Source of the DNA: Clostridiales bacterium
GTDB lineage: Bacteria; Bacillota; Clostridia; Lachnospirales; Lachnospiraceae
Reading direction: 5' to 3'
Assembly (NCBI GenBank): GCA_012837605.1
Contig: DUQV01000060.1
Span: 10,079 to 74,078 of the forward strand
Length of the DNA: 64,000 bases
This document shows, one piece after another, positions 1 through 10,278 of the stretch. The notes beneath the pieces are model-generated. The model did not search any database and was not told the origin of the DNA. It saw only the letters and a list, made by a program, of their open reading frames with translations. Position numbers and translations under genes: made by a program. Position 1 is the first letter of the stretch. Each line of letters starts with the position of its first letter.

Positions 1-1
1 T

Positions 2-217
2 ATGGGGGGAGCTATTGCTGTGATTACTATACTTAGCTACTCTGCAATGGGAGGCTTTGTAGGAGCGGGGGGACTTGGAACCTTGGCAATTAATTATGGT
101 TATTACCGATATCAGGCTGATATTATGCTGGTCACCGTAGCAATACTGGTATTGATTGTACAGGGTGTTCAGGAACTTGGAGGCAGGCTGGTAAGACGGT
201 CAGACAAGAGACTGTAA
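2..217 (+). CDS. metI: Methionine ABC transporter permease, C-terminal part (truncated by window start)
   Basis: YSAMGGFVGAGGLGTLAINYGYYRY motif typical of MetI; directly upstream of a MetQ gene. Confidence 0.9.
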   Translation: MGGAIAVITILSYSAMGGFVGAGGLGTLAINYGYYRYQADIMLVTVAILVLIVQGVQELGGRLVRRSDKRL

Positions 218-347
218 AGTCTTTGGATTCATTTAAACGTAAACGGTGGATAAATACGGTGATATGTACCGTCACACAAATAAGTGTATACAAGTACGTC
301 AAATAAGCGGACTTGAATAAATATTTGAAATAATAGGAGGGATTTTA

Positions 348-1175
348 ATGAAAAAAATTGCGTTAACATTAGTATTATTATCATTATTAACAGCTGTATT
401 GGGAGGATGTGCAAAAGATAATAATGATGGAAAGAAGCAGAGCAATAAGAAAATCGTTGTCGGGGCAAGCATAACACCTCATGCTGAGATTCTTGAGAAG
501 GCAAAAAGTATATTGGCAGATAAAGGCTATGAGCTTGACATAGTTGAGTATAACGATTATGTTCAGCCTAATGTAGCTTTGGATGCCGGCGACCTCGATG
601 CAAATTATTTTCAGCATCAGCCTTATCTTGACCAATTCAATGAAGAGAGGGGCATGGATCTGGTATCTGTAGCGATAATCCATTATGAGCCATTTGGGAT
701 ATATCCCGGGAAAACAAAGAGCTTGGATGACTTAAAAGACGGGGCAGAGATTGCTATTCCCAATGACGGAACCAATGAAGCGAGAGCACTGTTGCTTTTG
801 GAAGCACAGGGTCTTATAAAGCTTACCGAAGGTGTGGGTCTGGAAGCTACGATAATCGATATTGCCGAGAATTCGAGAAATCTTGTAATACACGAAATAG
901 AAGCAGCACAGCTTGCACGTTCACTTCAGGACGTAGACTTTGCAGTAATCAACGGTAACTATGCTATACAGGCAGGTCTAAATGTCTCTAAGGATGCTCT
1001 TGCCGTAGAGGATAAGGATTCTGAGGCTGCCAATATCTATGGAAATGTCATCGCTGTAAGAAAAGGTGATGAGGACAGAGAAGAGATTAAGGCTCTCGTA
1101 GAGGCTCTGCAAAGTGATGAAGTAAAGGAATTTATTGAGTCCACTTATGAAGGGGCAGTTGTTCCAAAATTCTAG
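348..1175 (+). CDS. metQ: MetQ/NlpA family methionine-binding lipoprotein
   Basis: Lipobox LGGC; PHAEIL, DYVQPN, DANYFQHQPYL, PNDGTNEARAL motifs; RBS AGGAGG. Confidence 0.93.
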   Translation: MKKIALTLVLLSLLTAVLGGCAKDNNDGKKQSNKKIVVGASITPHAEILEKAKSILADKGYELDIVEYNDYVQPNVALDAGDLDANYFQHQPYLDQFNEERGMDLVSVAIIHYEPFGIYPGKTKSLDDLKDGAEIAIPNDGTNEARALLLLEAQGLIKLTEGVGLEATIIDIAENSRNLVIHEIEAAQLARSLQDVDFAVINGNYAIQAGLNVSKDALAVEDKDSEAANIYGNVIAVRKGDEDREEIKALVEALQSDEVKEFIESTYEGAVVPKF

Positions 1176-1210
1176 CTTTATAATTATTAAGGAATCTACC
1201 TGATTTTCAG

Positions 1211-1404
1211 GGGTATATCTATATTCCGTCCCGCAGTGTGTTTATATAATGCACGGATTTTCGTATAATGTGTGAAAGCATCCTTTGCGAATATATCATT
1301 TGTTTAATACCATTTGTGAAAACATCATTTGCAAAAACATACATGATATATAAACACATAGTATATGAACATACACATATCGGGTTGGGAACACAGATAT
1401 ACCC
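1211..1404. repeat. Long imperfect inverted repeat enclosing five degenerate 14-15-bp tandem units, between convergent genes
   Basis: GGGTATATCT (1211-1220) pairs with AGATATACCC (1395-1404); TGTGTTTATATA pairs with TATATAAACACA; units like TGTGAAAACATCATT at 1271-1344. Confidence 0.65.
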
Positions 1405-1469
1405 TTACTGTTTTGTAAGACACTTAAATATTTATGTTTGTTTATTAGCTTATATAAACTATCTCCATA

Positions 1470-2507
1470 TCACGGTGTTATCTTATATGCATATGCCTGA
1501 CCGGTATTTCTGTTGGCCGCAAACACATAGTCATAATCAGGATAGTTAACAATACAGGCGTTACTCGGACCCTGACCTGAATCTATTACATTGGTTATGA
1601 ATTCTTTTTTATCACTGTCATAGGTTACATAGAACAGTTTTTCCTTACCTTTTCGCCCGCCGCCTAAGAATACCGGCTTATTATTTATATATCCGGCATG
1701 GGCGACATGAAAAAAGTCAGCAGGTTCAGGAAATTCATATACCTTCTTATAGCTGCCGTCTATCATTTTATAAATCTCAAAATTATTACCGTGAAAAGGT
1801 GAAATCAAGGCTATTTCCTGTTCGCCGTCTCCATCAATATCTATCATATCTCCTTCACTGAAGCTTCCATCTATAATTTTCTCAATTTTCCATTTGTCGT
1901 TATCATCAAAAGGCGGCATAAATATAAAGCCTCCGTTATCACAGGTAACGAATCCTGCATCCTGACCGCCTACATTAACTCGGGCATAGCCATGATTCTT
2001 ATAAAAATCATCTCTTAATACCTCAAGCTTAAGGGGTATATCCGGAGAGTCAGGAAGCTTTGCACAGTATACAACACCGGGCTTTGGCCATTCTTCCAGA
2101 GTTGGTTTATAAGTGGCTACAGTGCATGCCAACAGATATAACTGACCGTTTCTTTCTAACAAATCAAAACGGTGAATATAAGGAAGTGTTACAAGATCTG
2201 TTACAGTTACATTTTTGTTTTGATCGATTCGTACCCATACAAGCTTCGCCTCTTCCCAATCCCACAGACGATAGTACTTCTGCACCGCAAGAAATTCGCC
2301 GGGCTTATTTGGTATCGGTACCATACCCATAGTTCCGCCGGGATGTTCCCAAACAGTAAATGTTTCTGAAAGATCCGGCAGAGAATACGCAAGACAAACA
2401 TCATCACCTTCACTGGCAAATAATATATAATTCTTATCATGCAGGGGGATTTCGGCTACAGCATAACAATCAGGGATATTTGCCAAGAATGTTTTCGTAA
2501 TATTCAC
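1470..2507 (-). CDS. Cytoplasmic beta-propeller (FG-GAP-like) protein, possibly related to the aldos-2-ulose dehydratase propeller
   Basis: 345 aa ORF, GTG start with RBS AGGAGG; DIDGDGEQE loop; LPYIHRF, KNHG, SPFHGN, FFHV His motifs; no signal peptide. Confidence 0.6.
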   Translation of the reverse strand: MNITKTFLANIPDCYAVAEIPLHDKNYILFASEGDDVCLAYSLPDLSETFTVWEHPGGTMGMVPIPNKPGEFLAVQKYYRLWDWEEAKLVWVRIDQNKNVTVTDLVTLPYIHRFDLLERNGQLYLLACTVATYKPTLEEWPKPGVVYCAKLPDSPDIPLKLEVLRDDFYKNHGYARVNVGGQDAGFVTCDNGGFIFMPPFDDNDKWKIEKIIDGSFSEGDMIDIDGDGEQEIALISPFHGNNFEIYKMIDGSYKKVYEFPEPADFFHVAHAGYINNKPVFLGGGRKGKEKLFYVTYDSDKKEFITNVIDSGQGPSNACIVNYPDYDYVFAANRNTGQAYAYKITP

Positions 2508-2760
2508 AAGAACCTCCTTTGCCGCTACAGTAGCGTAAAAATACTATGCATAAAGCAAGTATTATGTTATTGTTATTTGAAAGTATTTTGATAAAAACAA
2601 ATATACAAAAATACTTGAGTATACATTTGTTATGTTATCATAAAAACTGCCTTTTATCCATAAGAATATTGTTGCAATTTTATACATATTGCACAAAAGA
2701 GTATTATATGATACTATTATTATGTCAACAATAGATATTTATCTGAAAGGGGGAGTACAA

Positions 2761-3876
2761 TTGAGAACACTATTAAGACTAAAACGGAATCATTTATTAT
2801 TGTTATCCCCATTGTCTTTTTTTCTTATTTTGTTAGCCAAAAAGAGCAGTTTTTTCGCTGAGCATATTAATGCTTTGGGTGTTTACAAATGGTTATCCCA
2901 ATTTATCTCACTTATAACCGGTATGCTGCCGATATCCTTGGCAGAGACTTTTTTAATGATTTTGCCTGTTATCTTAGCAGCAATATTAATCAGATTCATT
3001 GTCAAATTAATAAAAGATAAGCACAACAGAAAAACAAATGCTGTTAAAGGGATTATTAATGTTATGTGTGCCCTTAGCGTAATCTTATTCTCCTTTACGA
3101 TAATGGGCGGGTTAAACTATTACAGATATCCTTTTAGCTACTATTCAAATTTGGAAATTGAAAATTATACGGTAGAAGAATTGTATGACTTGACCATGCA
3201 TCTGGCCAAGCAGGCTAATGAGCTTAGAAGCAGAGTTCCAAAAGTAGATGAAAATGATGTATTTGATCTGTCCATGAGTAATTATGAGCTTGCCAAAGAA
3301 GCTAACAAAGCAATGAGAAAATTATCAAAAGAGTATCCTGTGCTTGGAGGAAGGTATGGTTCGCCAAAACCGGTTTTATTGTCCCGGTTAATGTCACATA
3401 CGGAAATTACGGGGATATTTGTACCCTTTACTATGGAAGCCAATGTAAATGTAGATATATCTGATTATGCAATACCATATACCATGTTGCATGAAATGGC
3501 TCACCAAAGAGGGTTTATGAGAGAGGATGAAGCCAACTATATTGCTTATCTTGCAGGTGCAAGTTCTGATAATGTTGAATTACAATACAGCAGCACTATG
3601 ATGGCTTTGATATCATCAGGTAATGAGCTGTATATGAAGAATCAGGAATTATATTTTGAAGTCAGAGATATTTACTCCGATGGAATAGTAAAGGATATTC
3701 GGGCAAACTCGGAATATTGGGCAAGATATAAGGACACAGTGGTAAGCACGGTATCCAATAAGATTAATGACACTTACCTTAAAGCAAATGCTCAAACAGA
3801 CGGTGTACAAAGCTATAACCGCATGGTGGAACTTTTGCTTGCCAAGTATAAAGCTGAACAAACCAAAAATCAGTAA
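2761..3876 (+). CDS. DUF3810-like membrane protein with zincin HExxH motif
   Basis: N-terminal TM helices, GLNYYR, GIFVPFTMEANVN, HEMAHQRGFMREDEANY; TTG start at 2761 after GGGGAG (ORF track starts 2689). Confidence 0.8.
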   Translation: MRTLLRLKRNHLLLLSPLSFFLILLAKKSSFFAEHINALGVYKWLSQFISLITGMLPISLAETFLMILPVILAAILIRFIVKLIKDKHNRKTNAVKGIINVMCALSVILFSFTIMGGLNYYRYPFSYYSNLEIENYTVEELYDLTMHLAKQANELRSRVPKVDENDVFDLSMSNYELAKEANKAMRKLSKEYPVLGGRYGSPKPVLLSRLMSHTEITGIFVPFTMEANVNVDISDYAIPYTMLHEMAHQRGFMREDEANYIAYLAGASSDNVELQYSSTMMALISSGNELYMKNQELYFEVRDIYSDGIVKDIRANSEYWARYKDTVVSTVSNKINDTYLKANAQTDGVQSYNRMVELLLAKYKAEQTKNQ

Positions 3877-3882
3877 TTCGGA

Positions 3883-3937
3883 TATACTCCTTCTAGGATG
3901 ATTAGCGTTATAGTATCAATCAGAAGGAGTATTTTTA
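3883..3937 (+). terminator. Rho-independent terminator
   Basis: ATACTCCTTCT...AGAAGGAGTAT followed by a T run. Confidence 0.7.
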
Positions 3938-4112
3938 TGTTTAGGAGCCTCAGGGTGCTGTCCGGAATGCTGCATATGAATTAGCACAAAATGCCATGCA
4001 TGGATTTTAGGGTTGATTTTTTAAATTTATATGTTATAATTATTACGTAATTATTAACAAAATGTTATGAATGTTCCATATTTGTAACATTTTTGTGTTT
4101 AAGGAGATTATT

Positions 4113-4970
4113 ATGATTCAGAAATGGAAGCAAAAGCTGTTTATTGCATTGACAGCGGTATTATTAGCTGCATTAGGTTATAATCATACTGCATATGCAA
4201 CTGAGCTTGAGCATTATGAAACCAATATTCCGGAAGAAATCAATATCATAGAAGAAGTCAATATAACAGAAGAAGCAAATATCACAGAAGAAGATAACAA
4301 TACAGATGAAGTCAATGCTACAGATGAAGAAAACACTCCGGATACAGATGAGTTGTTTGATCCTGAGCTTTATGAGATCTATGTGGATGAACAGGGACAG
4401 GTTTTTTATATTGAGAAGGAGCCTGTGAAGCCCGAGATAAATGATAGTGATGATATTATTCCGGATGAAAAACTGGAAGTAAAACCTGTTAAAGAAGAGA
4501 AAGTAAAAAAGCCGGCTTACACAAAGAAAGAATTAAGACTTCTGGCATGTCTTGTATATACCGAGGCAGGAAACCAATCCTATGACGGGATGCTTGCAGT
4601 TGCCAATGTTGTATTAAACAGAGTAAAAAGCAGCGTATATTATCATGTTAATACAATAGAGGAAGTAATATATGACAGGCAGTGGGCGGTGCAGTTCTCT
4701 GTAACGATAAAAAACAAAAAAACAGGAAAAAGCATGTTAGACAGAGCATTAGAAGCGTATGATACAGGTGTATTTTCGGGTAAAAATCCTGCTGCCGAGA
4801 AGAAAGCCATGGATAAGGCTATTAAAGCTGCGAAGGCAGCACTAAATGGTGAGAACAATATAGGCGATTATCTGTGCTTTAGAATGAATAACAGCGGAGC
4901 AAAGAGTATTAAGAAAAAATATAGTGACTATAAAATTATAGGTGACCATATCTTCTATCGTACCAAATAA
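4113..4970 (+). CDS. Secreted cell wall hydrolase, SleB/CwlJ (Hydrolase_2) family
   Basis: Signal peptide ending AYA; LLACLVYTEAGNQ...AVANVVLNRV...QF...IGDHIFY; acidic repeat linker; ATG 4113 after AAGGAG. Confidence 0.85.
   Translation: MIQKWKQKLFIALTAVLLAALGYNHTAYATELEHYETNIPEEINIIEEVNITEEANITEEDNNTDEVNATDEENTPDTDELFDPELYEIYVDEQGQVFYIEKEPVKPEINDSDDIIPDEKLEVKPVKEEKVKKPAYTKKELRLLACLVYTEAGNQSYDGMLAVANVVLNRVKSSVYYHVNTIEEVIYDRQWAVQFSVTIKNKKTGKSMLDRALEAYDTGVFSGKNPAAEKKAMDKAIKAAKAALNGENNIGDYLCFRMNNSGAKSIKKKYSDYKIIGDHIFYRTK
4233..4340 (+). repeat. Intragenic 18-bp tandem repeats (six EExNxT-like hexapeptides)
   Basis: EEINII EEVNIT EEANIT EEDNNT DEVNAT DEENTP. Confidence 0.8.
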
Positions 4971-4995
4971 TATTTACATAATATGTGAATTTTGT

Positions 4996-5044
4996 AAGCT
5001 GTACTTTGTCATGTATATGATAATAGTACAGCTTTTAATTTTTT
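4996..5044 (+). terminator. Rho-independent terminator
   Basis: AAGCTGTACT...AGTACAGCTT then T-rich tail. Confidence 0.65.
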
Positions 5045-5171
5045 ACTTTTATCTTAATTAATAATGTGATATCATAATATATGAGTCTACATATCATAGT
5101 TTTGATAATGGCAATTCAAAAGAAAGCTTATATATTAACTGTACAAAAGAACTTGAATTGGAGGTATAATC

Positions 5172-6014
5172 ATGGATAACTTATTCTCCGGTCTGGAAGA
5201 ATTAGGATTAGACAATCTGTCAAACATCAATATTTATGATGATAAGGAAAAAGAAGAAACAAAAGACAGCCAAACCAAATCACAGAACACCGTTTCCGAA
5301 GAGGATATAATATTTGATAAGACATATTCTTGTCCGGTATGTGATTCGGAATTTAAATCTAAGAGTGTCAAGACAGGTAAGGTAAAGCTTCAGAGCCTTG
5401 ATTCTGACTTAAGACCAAGATATCATCATGTAGATCCGTTAAAGTATGACGCCGTTCTATGTCCTAAATGCGGGTATGCATCATTAACCAGATTTTTTAA
5501 ATATGTAACATATACACAAGCCGAATGGATTAAGAAGAATATATCTGCAAGCTTTAAGCCGCTGCAAGAGAGTGAAGGCATATATAGCTATGATGATGCT
5601 ATTGTCAGACATAAGATGGCATTGGTAAATTCTATTGTAAAAAAAGGAAAGACTTCTGAAAAAGCTTATACCTGCTTAAAAACAGCATGGGTAATAAGAG
5701 GTAAGGCAGAGACACTGCCAAACGATACTCCCAATTACAAAGAGGTTATTGCACAGCTTCAAAAAGAAGAAAAGGAGTTTATATCGAATGCTTATGAAGG
5801 ATTTTCAGAGGCTTACATGACAGAAGCATTCCCGATGTGCGGAATGGATGAGAATACAATTGCTTTGCTGGTAGCAGAGTTAGCAAGGAAAATTGGTAAA
5901 TTAGATGAATCCTCCAGATGGATATCCAAAATACTTATATCCAGGGAAGCCAGTGAAAGAATCAAGGATAAAGCCAGAGAAATCAAAGAACTGATAAAAG
6001 AGGGAAGAAATTGA
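5172..6014 (+). CDS. DUF2225-like protein (Zn ribbon plus helical/TPR-like C-terminus)
   Basis: CPVC...DSDLRPRY...CPKCGYA; LKTAWVIRG; LVAELARKIG. Confidence 0.8.
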   Translation: MDNLFSGLEELGLDNLSNINIYDDKEKEETKDSQTKSQNTVSEEDIIFDKTYSCPVCDSEFKSKSVKTGKVKLQSLDSDLRPRYHHVDPLKYDAVLCPKCGYASLTRFFKYVTYTQAEWIKKNISASFKPLQESEGIYSYDDAIVRHKMALVNSIVKKGKTSEKAYTCLKTAWVIRGKAETLPNDTPNYKEVIAQLQKEEKEFISNAYEGFSEAYMTEAFPMCGMDENTIALLVAELARKIGKLDESSRWISKILISREASERIKDKAREIKELIKEGRN

Positions 6015-6736
6015 GAGAAAAATTACATACCATACCTGTAAATGATGCATTTGATCATGACAGCGAGTGTCCGGTTTGTTATATGATAAAAGAGCTTGAA
6101 ACCAAGGTAATAGATTTTACCATGGGTCCCAGCTACATGGAGGATGATGTCCGGGGAGAAACATCAAGACTTGGTTTTTGTGATAAGCATATAGAACTTC
6201 TGTATAAGAATCAGAACCGTTTAGGATTATCACTGATTTTAAAAAGTCATTTAGACAGAGTCATTAAGGATATTGAAAAGCTCTCCGCAAGTAATACAAG
6301 AACACAGTCACCTTCATTATTTAAAAAGCAGAAAAGCGAATCAGGTGTTGTATCATATGTTGAAGAACTGGACAGGTCGTGTTATATATGTGCGATGATT
6401 GAAAGGACTTTCGAAAGATATATCGCCACGATATTCTATTTGTACCGCCATGAAGATGAATTCAGAAAAAAATTCAAAGCATGCAAGGGCTTTTGTATCA
6501 GGCATTACGGTTTACTTCATAAAGAAGCCCCAAAACATCTAAGCGGCAGTCAGCTTCAGGCTTTTATCAATGAATTGAATACACTGTATCTTGATAATAT
6601 GAAGAGAGTAAGAGATGATTTGGATTGGTTTATAGATAAATTTGATTACAGATATGCAAATGAACCATGGAAGAACTCTAAGGATGCATTGCCAAGGACA
6701 ATAAATAAGACAAACAGCATTATCCGGGATAAATAA
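6011..6736 (+). CDS. DUF6062-like double zinc-finger protein
   Basis: Two CxxC...GFCxxH units; FIDKFDYR C-terminal motif; TTG start overlaps upstream stop. Confidence 0.75.
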   Translation: MREKLHTIPVNDAFDHDSECPVCYMIKELETKVIDFTMGPSYMEDDVRGETSRLGFCDKHIELLYKNQNRLGLSLILKSHLDRVIKDIEKLSASNTRTQSPSLFKKQKSESGVVSYVEELDRSCYICAMIERTFERYIATIFYLYRHEDEFRKKFKACKGFCIRHYGLLHKEAPKHLSGSQLQAFINELNTLYLDNMKRVRDDLDWFIDKFDYRYANEPWKNSKDALPRTINKTNSIIRDK

Positions 6737-6952
6737 TTTCTTATAATATTAATGACATTTTGGTATAAGGTTCCTATTTTAGAATATACTAGCTATGTGT
6801 ATAAGATAAGAGTTATTGCCATAGGGTGATAACTTTTTTCTCGTCGGAACAATATAAGCGAGTATTTATTAGAAAAAATGAGATAAATCAAGATAATAAG
6901 AGATTATGAAATATTTCATAGAAATACACGCTGTTTTTCAATAGATGGGAGT

Positions 6953-6981
6953 TTGCATAATTAATACAAATTTACTAATAT
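6953..6981 (+). promoter_or_regulatory. Putative sigma-A promoter of groESL
   Basis: TTGCAT-N17-TAATAT just upstream of CIRCE. Confidence 0.55.
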
Positions 6982-6991
6982 ATTAATGAAT

Positions 6992-7018
6992 TTAGCACTC
7001 AACCAATAAGAGTGCTAA
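6992..7018 (+). promoter_or_regulatory. CIRCE element (HrcA operator)
   Basis: Perfect TTAGCACTC-N9-GAGTGCTAA upstream of groES. Confidence 0.97.
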
Positions 7019-7055
7019 TAATTATCAAAAATTGGATAATAAGGAGGAATTATTA

Positions 7056-7343
7056 ATGAAGCTAGTACCATTAGGAGATAAGGTAGTATTAAAACAACTA
7101 GTGGCAGAAGAGACAACAAAATCCGGAATAGTATTACCCGGTCAAGCAAAGGAAAAGCCGCAACAGGCAGAAGTAATAGCAGTAGGTCCCGGTGGCATGG
7201 TTGACGGTAAAGAAATTACTATGCAAGTAAAAGTTGGGGATAGAGTCATCTTTTCAAAATATGCCGGAACAGAAGTTAAGCTTGACGAGGAAGAGTTTAT
7301 TATTGTTAAGCAGAATGATATTGTAGCAATTATAGAAGACTAA
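7056..7343 (+). CDS. groES: Co-chaperonin GroES
   Basis: [11 protein letters not shown]...TKSGIVLP...AKEKPQ...FSKYAGTEV; ATG 7056 after AAGGAGG. Confidence 0.97.
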   Translation: MKLVPLGDKVVLKQLVAEETTKSGIVLPGQAKEKPQQAEVIAVGPGGMVDGKEITMQVKVGDRVIFSKYAGTEVKLDEEEFIIVKQNDIVAIIED

Positions 7344-8984
<1,641 letters not shown>

Positions 8985-9001
8985 GCCGCAAGTTATAATA
9001 T

Positions 9002-9195
9002 AAGGGCGGTTATAAATAGGTTGAGAGGGGCACTGATATAGCCTCACACACCCGTAGAAGTACATCCCCCTCGTTTGTATGTCATTAATCGGACATAAAA
9101 TGTCCGCTTATGACATTACAAACGAGGGGTTTGTTCTTCTAAGGGTGCATTACGGCTATATCAGTGCCCCTCTCAACCTATTTATAACCGCCCTT
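9002..9195. repeat. 194-bp palindromic element with perfect 42-bp terminal inverted repeats
   Basis: 9002-9043 is the exact reverse complement of 9154-9195; the interior is also self-complementary around GGACAT-AAA-ATGTCC. Confidence 0.9.
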
Positions 9196-9203
9196 TGTCT
9201 GAC

Positions 9204-9390
9204 ATTTCAAGGTGTTGGAATGTTTGTATACTAAGGAGTTGACGGCTTACATTTAAGGGAGTTGATAAGCATGAATTTTGAGCTGTTTGCAGCTTACGTT
9301 TTGGGAGTGGGTAAGCTTATATACTAAAGAGTTGGTGGCTTACATTTAAGAGAGTTGGCAGGCTTACATTTTAAGGTGTTGACAAGTTGA
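9204..9390 (+). repeat. Degenerate tandem array of eight 23-24-bp units
   Basis: Approximate consensus ATTTAAGGGAGTTGRCAGGCTTAC; units start 9204, 9228, 9251, 9275, 9298, 9321, 9344, 9368. Confidence 0.75.
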
Positions 9391-9407
9391 TTGAGTTTGT
9401 ATAAGAT
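9379..9407 (+). promoter_or_regulatory. Sigma-A promoter of the TPP-thiT unit
   Basis: TTGACA-N17-TAAGAT. Confidence 0.7.
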
Positions 9408-9440
9408 TAAGCAGTAACTAAATATAAATTTTATTTTATT

Positions 9441-9562
9441 TTGCTAGGGGAGCACGTGCTGAGAGGTATACATAGAGCGAGTTGTATTTGATAATACATG
9501 TTGATTCTATATATACTGACCCTCAAAACTTGATCCGGGTAATACCGGCGTAAGGAAGCAAT
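9441..9562 (+). ncRNA. TPP riboswitch (THI-box)
   Basis: GGGGAGC...GCTGAGAGG...GACCC...ACTTGATCCGGGTAATACCGGCGTAAGGAAG; P1 TTGCT/AGCAA; upstream of a thiamine transporter; downstream hairpin CCTCCTAAG/TTTAAGGAGG-TTTTT covers the RBS. Confidence 0.93.
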
Positions 9563-9601
9563 CAAGTGTCCCCTCCTAAGCAAATTTAAGGAGGTTTTTT
9601 C

Positions 9602-10276
9602 ATGTTAAAAAAAGTATATGATTTTTTCATTATGACGGACGTGGAGGATGGAAGCTTTTCCCCAACCACGGCAGGAAACATCGCTTTACTGGCAGTTATT
9701 ATTCTTCTCTTTGTTGCTATTCTTTCGATAAGCGGAGGTAAGAGAAAGCTTAAGGCAAAGCATTTGGCATTTTCGGCAGTTGCTATGACATTGGCTGTTA
9801 TAACATCAATATTTACCGTATATGAACTGCCTTTTGGCGGCTCCATAACGATGTTCAGGATGTTTTTCATCTGCTTTATCGGTTATCTGTACGGTACTAA
9901 GGTCGGCATCATAACCGGTGCAGCTTATGGAATATTGGATTTTATATTAAAGCCATATGCAATAACCCTGATACAGCCGCTTCTTGATTATCCTGTAGCA
10001 TTCGGTCTGCTGGGTCTGTCCGGGATATTCTCAAAGTCTAAGTATGGAATTATTAAGGGATATCTCTTAGGTGTTGCGGGAAGATTTGTCTGTCATGTAA
10101 TAACCGGAATAGTATACTTTTCTGAATATGCAGGCGGGAGAAATGTCGTTGTGTATTCATTGTCATACAATGCATCGTATATTGTTCCCGAGGCAGTACT
10201 TACAGTATTAGTACTTCTGATTCCTGCTGTCAGACAGGCACTTGATACAGTAAAGAAAATGGCACTTGAGAATTAA
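9602..10276 (+). CDS. thiT: ECF-type thiamine transporter S component
   Basis: LPFGGSIT, QPLLDYPVAF, RFVCHVITGIVYF, YSLSYNASY; TPP riboswitch upstream. Confidence 0.9.
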   Translation: MLKKVYDFFIMTDVEDGSFSPTTAGNIALLAVIILLFVAILSISGGKRKLKAKHLAFSAVAMTLAVITSIFTVYELPFGGSITMFRMFFICFIGYLYGTKVGIITGAAYGILDFILKPYAITLIQPLLDYPVAFGLLGLSGIFSKSKYGIIKGYLLGVAGRFVCHVITGIVYFSEYAGGRNVVVYSLSYNASYIVPEAVLTVLVLLIPAVRQALDTVKKMALEN

Positions 10277-10278
10277 TA

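Noticed and set aside
9204-9390. Possible CRISPR array
   Set aside because: Units are contiguous and degenerate with no unique spacers, and no cas genes are in the window
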